Assembly (NCBI RefSeq): GCF_000020225.1
Contig: NC_010655.1
Location: forward strand, 690,001-722,000
Reading direction: 5' to 3'
DNA length: 32,000 nucleotides
Origin: Akkermansia muciniphila ATCC BAA-835
Lineage (GTDB): Bacteria > Verrucomicrobiota > Verrucomicrobiia > Verrucomicrobiales > Akkermansiaceae
Within the stretch, counting starts at the first letter, position 1; each line of letters starts with the position of its first letter. Positions 1 to 6,355 of the stretch are shown here, one piece after another. Made by a program: the position numbers and the translations under genes. Below the pieces are notes generated by a model. That model did no database searches and had not been told where the DNA came from. It was given only the letters and a program-made list of their open reading frames with translations.

Positions 1-1797
1 TCCGCCGGCAAGCCCGAAACTGAGCTCCCCAGAGGAAACTGTCAGCGCATTCGCAAATCCGGTGGAAGAACTGAGCGTGAGCTTGCCCGCTCCGCTCTTG
101 GTAAAAGCACTACGGCCATCCAGCACCGTTGCGTTGGCAATAACGGCATCCGTCCCTTCTCCAGCGGAAATTTCGTCAAACCCGGAAATGGAGGCGTTCG
201 TGAACATGTCCGCGCGCGTCACTCCGTTCAAATTCAACACGCTTCTGGTAACCGTATCCCCCCGGCCCTGGCCGGAAAGAGTTGTCGTTCCGGTAAAAAT
301 GGCGTCATTGCCCGTAATGGTCACGTTGGCCAAAGCCGTAGTCAGGGCAGTGCCATTGACCTTCTGGCCGCCCGCATAAATGGAAACATTATTGAACGTC
401 CCTCCGCTGATGGAAAGATTGGCTTCCCCAATCGTCAACGCGGAACTGGTATTGTTGCGTTCCACATAAGTGCCCAGGGATATTTGAGCTCCATCAAATG
501 TGCCGCCCGTAATTGTTATATTGGTGGAACCGATATTCCCGGTAAGGGCGGCGGTAGCGGTTCCGTTAATATAGGAGCCGCCCCAGATTTGTCCCGTATA
601 TGTCCCGGACTTGAAAGTCAAATTGGTGGAACCTGTAATATTCAACGTGCTCTCCCCCGTTTCCACCCAGCTTCCCCCCGCAATCATGGCCGCCACGGTG
701 CCGCTGCCCAAGTCCAGCGTCATATTGGTATCCGCCAGGTTCCAGGCAGACGTGCTTAAACGGGCGCCCGCAAAGATTTTCTTGGTCCCGTCTCCGGAAA
801 AAACAGCTCCCGTGATCGTTGTCGCCACGCCCTGCGAAAATAAACTCTGAGCAAAAGTCCCCCCGGTGATTTCCACGGAAGCGGACGAATGCTCCGCAAT
901 ATTTGCGGCAGAACCTGAGGATGTCGCATCGGACAGGCCATATACATTCGCGTTGTACTGGCCTCCCGTAATGCTCAACCTGGCCGTACAGGCATTCGTT
1001 CCATCTCCCAACTGCACTTGGCCTCTTCCCAGAAGGGCGACGGAGCCGTTAAAAGTTCCCCCGTCCAGATTCAGGGAGACATTGCCGACGATGGTCGATT
1101 TCTGCCCCGCCCCGCGTGTCGTTCCAGCCGTTACCAGCTGGGCGAAGGTCCCGCCGTCAATGGTGAATGTCACATCCCCCGTGTGGCGGAAGGATTCCTG
1201 CCCCAGCCCTATGCACCAGCTGGAACTGGGGTTGGAGACAGAAATTCCGGCCCATTCCCCGCCATGAATGTTGACGGTATATGTCCCCGTCGTCTGGTAG
1301 GCATCATTTTTGTTTCCATCCCCCACCAGGGAAAAACCATTAATCGTGCCGGCATTCCGGTCTACATTGAGGGTAATGTCGGCGGACACAATCCGGTCCT
1401 GGTTGCTCCACCCCATCAACTGGGCATTTGTATTCAACAGGGATGCACCTTCCCCGATATTGATTACAAAGGAATTGGTTCCTCCGATGGTGACGCCGGA
1501 GGCAGTACCCGCAATATTCCATAATTGCAGTTTTGTATAGGTTCCTCCCTCCAGATTGAGAACCCGGTTATAGCCGTCTTCATAGGTCCCGCTTGCCGTA
1601 ATATCCGTTAGATAAATATCGCCGGGAGAATCCGCCTGAGTCACGGGATCCCCTTCCGGAGGCGTAATCGTGTATTGGCCGTCGGCAAAGGAAATCGTCG
1701 TATCTCCATTGCCCGTCAACGTATAATCAGACCATGACGGAGAAATGAAACAGGCCAGAAGAGCGGATAAAAGAACAAGGGGCAAGCGCGGTCGCAT
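1..1797 (-). CDS. Secreted beta-helix surface protein with autotransporter-associated (PATR-type) beta-strand repeats. The N-terminal 599 codons are present; the C-terminus lies beyond the window start.
   Basis: The minus strand is open from the ATG at 1797-1795 to position 1 with no stop. It is missing from the ORF track because it has no in-window stop. Hand translation starts MRPRLPLVLLSALLACFISPSWSD (signal peptide). Recurring rungs follow: IDGGTFAQLV, LDGGTFNGSV, ITGGQYNANV, ITGGTFAQSL, ITGGTFDGAQ, ISGGTFNNVS. Near position 1 it reads TKSGAGKLTLSSSTGFANALTVSSGELSF, a typical PATR signature. Confidence 0.8.
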   Translation of the reverse strand, partial: MRPRLPLVLLSALLACFISPSWSDYTLTGNGDTTISFADGQYTITPPEGDPVTQADSPGDIYLTDITASGTYEDGYNRVLNLEGGTYTKLQLWNIAGTASGVTIGGTNSFVINIGEGASLLNTNAQLMGWSNQDRIVSADITLNVDRNAGTINGFSLVGDGNKNDAYQTTGTYTVNIHGGEWAGISVSNPSSSWCIGLGQESFRHTGDVTFTIDGGTFAQLVTAGTTRGAGQKSTIVGNVSLNLDGGTFNGSVALLGRGQVQLGDGTNACTARLSITGGQYNANVYGLSDATSSGSAANIAEHSSASVEITGGTFAQSLFSQGVATTITGAVFSGDGTKKIFAGARLSTSAWNLADTNMTLDLGSGTVAAMIAGGSWVETGESTLNITGSTNLTFKSGTYTGQIWGGSYINGTATAALTGNIGSTNITITGGTFDGAQISLGTYVERNNTSSALTIGEANLSISGGTFNNVSIYAGGQKVNGTALTTALANVTITGNDAIFTGTTTLSGQGRGDTVTRSVLNLNGVTRADMFTNASISGFDEISAGEGTDAVIANATVLDGRSAFTKSGAGKLTLSSSTGFANALTVSSGELSFGLAGG

Positions 1798-1861
1798 AAC
1801 ACTATAACGTATTGATAATGAATAAAATTATTTACAAGACTATATGCTTGTTAATAATTAG

Positions 1862-2033
1862 CGGATTAGAAATCCGGAGTCAATGACAATTTTTGAGGCC
1901 AAGCCCTTTAGGTGCATGGAACGGCCTGAAAGGGGAAAGAGAGAAAATGGGGGTGTCCGTTTCAAGAATCGGCATTATTAATATTTTAATCATTATCTGG
2001 ATTCATTTATATCATTTACGGATTTCTAATCCG
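1862..2033. repeat. Perfect 15-bp inverted repeats bracketing a 142-bp AT-rich segment; candidate invertible promoter element or paired operator.
   Basis: CGGATTAGAAATCCG (1862-1876) and CGGATTTCTAATCCG (2019-2033) are exact reverse complements. Each is internally palindromic (CGGATT-N3-AATCCG). AGTCAA at 1878-1883 reads TTGACT on the minus strand, pointing at the CDS that starts at 1797. The repeats are certain; the function is inferred. Confidence 0.85.
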
Positions 2034-2172
2034 TCCGGTTATTTAACCTGTTTCTCCCAGCAAGAGAAACCCGCATGCAGGAAAAAATGATTTCTTGTCT
2101 TGCATTCCCATGGGAGTGCCTGTATAAGCCTCCACGTCCCCGCCGCAAGGCAGGGACGGCATCCAAGGTCAT

Positions 2173-2250
2173 GGAGCGGTAGCTCAGTTCGGTTAGAGCG
2201 CCAGCCTGTCACGCTGGAGGTCGCGGGTTCGAGCCCCGTCCGCTTCGCCA
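2173..2250 (+). tRNA. tRNA-Asp (anticodon GUC), CCA encoded.
   Basis: The sequence folds by hand into a cloverleaf. Acceptor GGAGCGG pairs with CCGCUUC, followed by discriminator G and CCA. The D arm is GCUC/GAGC. The anticodon stem CCAGC/GCUGG carries loop CUGUCAC. The T arm GCGGG/CCCGU carries loop UUCGAGC. Confidence 0.95.
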
Positions 2251-2267
2251 CCTTGTTCAGGAAAAAC

Positions 2268-2292
2268 AGCCGCCTCCGGGCGGCTTTTTTTT
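2268..2292 (+). terminator. Rho-independent terminator after tRNA-Asp.
   Basis: Stem AGCCGCC (2268-2274), loop TCCG, stem GGCGGCT (2279-2285), followed by a T8 run to 2292. Confidence 0.8.
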
Positions 2293-2393
2293 CGTCCAGA
2301 AAACCTGAATTCCAGAAAACAGGCCGTCCTCCGGGAATGTTTTACTGGAAAAAGGGGTTGGACTTCAGTAGAATGGGGGCCAGCATTACAATC

Positions 2394-3953
2394 ATGAGCA
2401 TACTTTCGGACCGTCTTTCCGAGGAAATACTGCAAGCCCGCCAGCGCGTCTATACCGTTGGCGAACCGACTCCTCTCCAGCGATTGAATCTGCCGGGCAT
2501 CAAGGCCCCGGTATACGCCAAAAGGGAGGATCTGGGGCCCATCCGGGCTTATAAGTGGCGCGGAGCGTTTAATTGCATGGCCGCATTGAGCCAGGAAGCC
2601 CGTGACAAAGGCATTGTGGCGGCTTCCGCCGGCAATCATGCCCAGGGCGTGGCGCTGGCGGCCAGAGTGCTGAACTGCCATGCCACCATTTTCATGCCGC
2701 GCTCCACGCCGGAAGTGAAGCAGACGGAAGTGCGCCGCCACGGCGGCAGGCATGTGAAGATCATGCTCCATGGGGACTGCTATGACGAGACGGCCGCAGC
2801 CGCCCATGAATACACGGAAACCCACGGCTGCACTTTTGTCCATCCTTATGACGACCTGGTGACCATGGCCGGACAGGGAACGCTGGCGGACGAAGTGGTG
2901 ATGAGCGGAGAAGGCCCTTTTGACCGCGCGTACGTCGCCATCGGCGGCGGCGGCCTGGCCGCATCCGTGGCGTGCTGGCTGAAAAAATTCTGGCCCCATA
3001 TCAAGGTCATCGGCGTGGAAGGCATCGACCAGGCGTCCATGAAAACTTCCATTGAGCAGGGACGCCGGGTGAATCTGGATTACGTGGATGTCTTCTGCGA
3101 CGGCACAGCCGTCCACATCCCCGGAGAATTAACCTATCCCCTTTGCCGGGAACTGGTTGACGAGTTCGTGACCGTGACCAATAATGAGGTCTGCCAGGCC
3201 ATCCGGGCCATGTGGGAATCCTCCCGCGTCGTGCCGGAACCATCCGGAGCCATGAGCCTGGCAGGATTCCTGAAACAATGGAACCGGGGCGAAGTAAAGC
3301 CGGAGGAAAAGAGTTTCGTGGTCATTTCCGGAGCCAATATGGATTTCACCCACCTTACCCAGATTGCCCGGCAGGCGGGCATCGGCAACCATGAAACGCG
3401 CTATCTGCGCATTTCCATGGATTCCAAGCGCGGCCAGGTGCTTAAATACCTGCGCCACATTCCGCAGGATACGACGCTGGTGGATGTGCAATACGGCAAA
3501 ACGGAGGGAAACACCCAGCACCCCGTGTTCGGCATTGCCGCTTCCGATGAAGACCTGGATACCATCCGCACGACACTGAAAAAGAAAGGAATCGAATTCG
3601 AAGACATCAGCGAGGACGACGACGTGCGCTTCCGCATGATTCACTACCAGCCGGAACTGTGTCAACACCCCCTGTTCGTCCACATTGAATTTCCGGAACG
3701 CGCCGGCGCCTTCCTTGACTTCATGGAACGCATCGCGGATCTGGCTTCCCTCTGTTATTTCAACTATACCTACACCGGGGAACGCGTAGGCCGCGCCCTG
3801 GTGGGCATGGAATTTGATACAGCGGAAGACCGGGAAACCATCCGGAAACGCATGGGCGCCTTTTCCAAAAACATTATCAGGTCCATTCGGGAAATTTCCC
3901 CCGAGGCTTTCCAGAGGATTATGGGAAGCAGACAGTTGACAGGCAATCATTGA
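2394..3953 (+). CDS. ilvA: Biosynthetic threonine dehydratase (threonine ammonia-lyase), PLP-dependent, with a C-terminal regulatory region.
   Basis: Track ORF 2100..3953, but its first ~50 codons overlap the tRNA and terminator. I place the start at ATG 2394 (MSILSDRL); ATG 2373 is an alternative. Motifs seen: YKWRGAFN (PLP lysine region), SAGNHAQGVA, GGGGL. At about 519 aa it fits the long biosynthetic form. Confidence 0.9.
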   Translation: MSILSDRLSEEILQARQRVYTVGEPTPLQRLNLPGIKAPVYAKREDLGPIRAYKWRGAFNCMAALSQEARDKGIVAASAGNHAQGVALAARVLNCHATIFMPRSTPEVKQTEVRRHGGRHVKIMLHGDCYDETAAAAHEYTETHGCTFVHPYDDLVTMAGQGTLADEVVMSGEGPFDRAYVAIGGGGLAASVACWLKKFWPHIKVIGVEGIDQASMKTSIEQGRRVNLDYVDVFCDGTAVHIPGELTYPLCRELVDEFVTVTNNEVCQAIRAMWESSRVVPEPSGAMSLAGFLKQWNRGEVKPEEKSFVVISGANMDFTHLTQIARQAGIGNHETRYLRISMDSKRGQVLKYLRHIPQDTTLVDVQYGKTEGNTQHPVFGIAASDEDLDTIRTTLKKKGIEFEDISEDDDVRFRMIHYQPELCQHPLFVHIEFPERAGAFLDFMERIADLASLCYFNYTYTGERVGRALVGMEFDTAEDRETIRKRMGAFSKNIIRSIREISPEAFQRIMGSRQLTGNH

Positions 3954-3967
3954 CAGCCCATCATCCA

Positions 3968-3999
3968 GGGAGCTTGAGAAAGATTGGCTCCCTGTTTTT
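3968..3999 (+). terminator. Probable intrinsic terminator after ilvA.
   Basis: GGGAGC (3968-3973) pairs with GCTCCC (3987-3992) around a 13-nt loop, followed by TGTTTTT. Confidence 0.55.
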
Positions 4000-4019
4000 C
4001 ATGACCGCTTTTTTCTCCC

Positions 4020-4589
4020 ATGATTCCCCCCGTCATCCTGGCCTCCCAATCGCCCCGGCGGCGTGAATTACTGGAGAAAACCGGCATTCCTTTTTCCATT
4101 ATTGTCCGGGACACGGAAGAACTGAAAGAGGCTTCCATGCCCCCGCAGGAACTCTGCCTGCACAATGCCGCCGCCAAGGCGGAAGCCGTGTTCCGGGAAC
4201 ATCCGGATTCCACCGTCATCGGCGCGGATACGCTCGTTTTTCTGGAAGGCTTCCCTCTTGGCAAGCCGGAAGATGAAGAAGAAGCCCGGTCCATGCTCCG
4301 GAAACTGTCCGGACGCACGCACCATGTCTGCACGGCGGTTGCCATCCGTTCCCCGCTGGGCATGAAAAACCTGGCCGTGCTGACGGAAGTAACGTTCCGG
4401 GAGCTGACGGAAAAAGACATCCGCCATTACATGGAACTGGTGGACGTGATGGACAAGGCCGGCTCTTACGCGTTCCAGGAACACGGGGAGATGATTATTT
4501 CCTCCGTGCGCGGGGATACGGACAACGTCATCGGACTGCCTGTCAGGGATGTGATGAAATGCCTGAACGGCCTGGGATACCGGGCTTGA
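4020..4589 (+). CDS. maf: Maf-like nucleoside triphosphate pyrophosphatase.
   Basis: 189 aa. The N-terminus ILASQSPRRRELL is the Maf family signature. GADTLV and AGSYAFQ blocks are also present. Confidence 0.85.
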   Translation: MIPPVILASQSPRRRELLEKTGIPFSIIVRDTEELKEASMPPQELCLHNAAAKAEAVFREHPDSTVIGADTLVFLEGFPLGKPEDEEEARSMLRKLSGRTHHVCTAVAIRSPLGMKNLAVLTEVTFRELTEKDIRHYMELVDVMDKAGSYAFQEHGEMIISSVRGDTDNVIGLPVRDVMKCLNGLGYRA

Positions 4590-4692
4590 CCCGTCCAGGA
4601 ATCCGGATACTGTCTCCGGAAGAAAAAACGCTTCCCGCCCCGGAACGGCCTTCGGAACGCAAGGCAAAGCCCCAGGCTTCAGGAACAGGGTA

Positions 4693-6006
4693 TTACCTGT
4701 CTGCCAGGAATGACTCCAGTTTATTGTAAAAGGCCACAGGAAGCACGGCTTCCAGCAAGGTCCCTTCCTCTACATATTCCGTAGAGAAAACCTTGCCTTC
4801 ACTATGCATGGCGGCCACCAGGTCGCTGCGGGTATAGGGAATCAGGAACCGGGCGCGCCGGACACGGCTTTCCAGCATTTCCACGCAGGCATTCAGCAGG
4901 TCTCCCTCACCATTCCCTTCTTTCACGGACATGGGAACCACCCTGCCGCTGAAATGAGGCGCCAGCAGCGTTTCCAGGGCCCCGCGCCGTTCTTCCGGCA
5001 CCAGGTCCACCTTGTTTAAAACTACGATCATGGGCTTGTCACCCGCACCCAGTTCATTGAGAACCTCCAGAGTCGTTTCATAATGGCGCACGGCTTCCGG
5101 ATCGGAAGCGTCCACCACCTGAATCAGGAAATCCGCCAGAACGGCTTCCTCCAGCGTGGACTTGAACGCTTCCACCAGACGGTGCGGAAGGTTGCGGATG
5201 AAGCCCACGGTATCCGTCAGCAGCAGCGGCTGCCCATGGGGAAGCTCTATCTTCCGCGTTGTGGTGTCCAGCGTGGCAAAAAGCATATCCCTGGCCATGA
5301 CTTCAGACCCGGACACCAGGGACAGGAGGGAGGATTTTCCGGCATTGGTATAACCTACAATGGCGGCCGTGGCGACAGCCTGGCGCTCCCGTTCCTTGCG
5401 CTGCGTGGCACGCTGACGGGTCACCAGGACCAGTTCCCTTTGAATAGCCTCAATTCTGGCGCGCGCCAGACGACGGTCCACTTCAATCTGCTTTTCCCCT
5501 TCCCCCCTGGCGGCTCCGCCGCCTCCCTTGCCGCCGCCGGAGCCCCCGCCCTGGCGGTCCAGGTGGTTCCACATGCGGGCCATGCGCGGCAGGGAATACT
5601 GCATGCGGGCCAGTTCCACCTGCAGGGTGGCTTCCCGTGTCCGGGCGCGCCTGGCAAAGATGTCCAGAATGACCTCTTCACGGTCAATGACGCATTCGTC
5701 AACAAGCCGTTCCCATTCCCTCTGCTGGGAAGGGGAGAGCATATTGTCAAAAACAACGCAATCCGCCCGGCAATCCAGCGCCAGCTGTTTCACTTCCTGC
5801 GCCTTTCCGGTGCCGCACAGGAATTTGGCGTGCATGTCCCTGGACTTGATAAGGTGCTTCCCTGCGATGCCGATGCCGAGATTGGAGACAAGGTCTTCCA
5901 GCTCATCCAGCATGGCCTGTTTTTCCCCAGCCTCGGAGGGATCGAAGTAAACGGAAACGAGCATGGCCCGTTCCACCATTTCCGGTTTTTCGCGGATTTC
6001 AAACAT
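4693..6006 (-). CDS. hflX: GTPase HflX.
   Basis: 437 aa with an HflX-type N-terminal domain and a Gly-rich linker. GTPase motifs: G1 GYTNAGKSSL, G3 DTVGF, G4 NKVD. Confidence 0.9.
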   Translation of the reverse strand: MFEIREKPEMVERAMLVSVYFDPSEAGEKQAMLDELEDLVSNLGIGIAGKHLIKSRDMHAKFLCGTGKAQEVKQLALDCRADCVVFDNMLSPSQQREWERLVDECVIDREEVILDIFARRARTREATLQVELARMQYSLPRMARMWNHLDRQGGGSGGGKGGGGAARGEGEKQIEVDRRLARARIEAIQRELVLVTRQRATQRKERERQAVATAAIVGYTNAGKSSLLSLVSGSEVMARDMLFATLDTTTRKIELPHGQPLLLTDTVGFIRNLPHRLVEAFKSTLEEAVLADFLIQVVDASDPEAVRHYETTLEVLNELGAGDKPMIVVLNKVDLVPEERRGALETLLAPHFSGRVVPMSVKEGNGEGDLLNACVEMLESRVRRARFLIPYTRSDLVAAMHSEGKVFSTEYVEEGTLLEAVLPVAFYNKLESFLADR

Positions 6007-6015
6007 ATAGGAAAT

Positions 6016-6147
6016 TTAACGGAATTGCTTGCTGGAGGTAGGCTGGTAATCCTTCAGAGCGAAGTCCGCGGGCTTATGACAATCACAACTGCATGAAGAG
6101 AGGAAGCCGGCCACGCATGCCAGCGTCAGAAAGCTGATCAGTCTCAT
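6016..6147 (-). CDS. Possible 43-aa lipoprotein, not in the ORF track.
   Basis: Hand translation of the minus strand gives MRLISFLTLACVAGFLSSCSCDCHKPADFALKDYQPTSSKQFR*. It has a signal-peptide-like start with a lipobox-like FLSSC. It ends 10 nt upstream of the hflX ATG on the same strand. Confidence 0.35.
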   Translation of the reverse strand: MRLISFLTLACVAGFLSSCSCDCHKPADFALKDYQPTSSKQFR

Positions 6148-6355
6148 GCGGCTATGAGACCCGCACGAAGTACCCTAGGCAAGCAAATTTTACTTCATCA
6201 CCATTACTTTTCTCCAAATCCGGAACAAAGGCATTTGCCCGGACGGTTTTCCTTTTTTCCAGCCCGTGGGCAGCCGGCAAAGCACGCGGCGGGGGCAGAA
6301 ACCTGCCGGCGGCAGCAACCCGCCGCCTTTCAAGGGACTTTATTCCCTTACTGAA

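Noticed and set aside
1893-2090. 65-aa ORF inside and overlapping the IR-flanked segment upstream of tRNA-Asp.
   Set aside because: It sits in an AT-rich non-coding-looking stretch, has no motif, and spans the right inverted repeat. It is more likely regulatory DNA.
2135-2158. Hairpin CGTCCC-C-GCC-GCAA-GGC-A-GGGACG (GNRA loop) 15 nt upstream of tRNA-Asp.
   Set aside because: It is probably just tRNA precursor leader structure. It is too small to call an ncRNA or riboswitch.
2100-2393. N-terminal 98 codons of the track ORF for ilvA.
   Set aside because: The frame reads straight through tRNA-Asp and its terminator. Threonine dehydratase homology starts only near MSILSDRL.
4602-4620. TCCGGA-N7-TCCGGA hairpin between the convergent maf and hflX genes.
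   Set aside because: It is a 6-bp stem with no U tract on either strand (A6 on the plus strand follows it). That is not enough to call a terminator.
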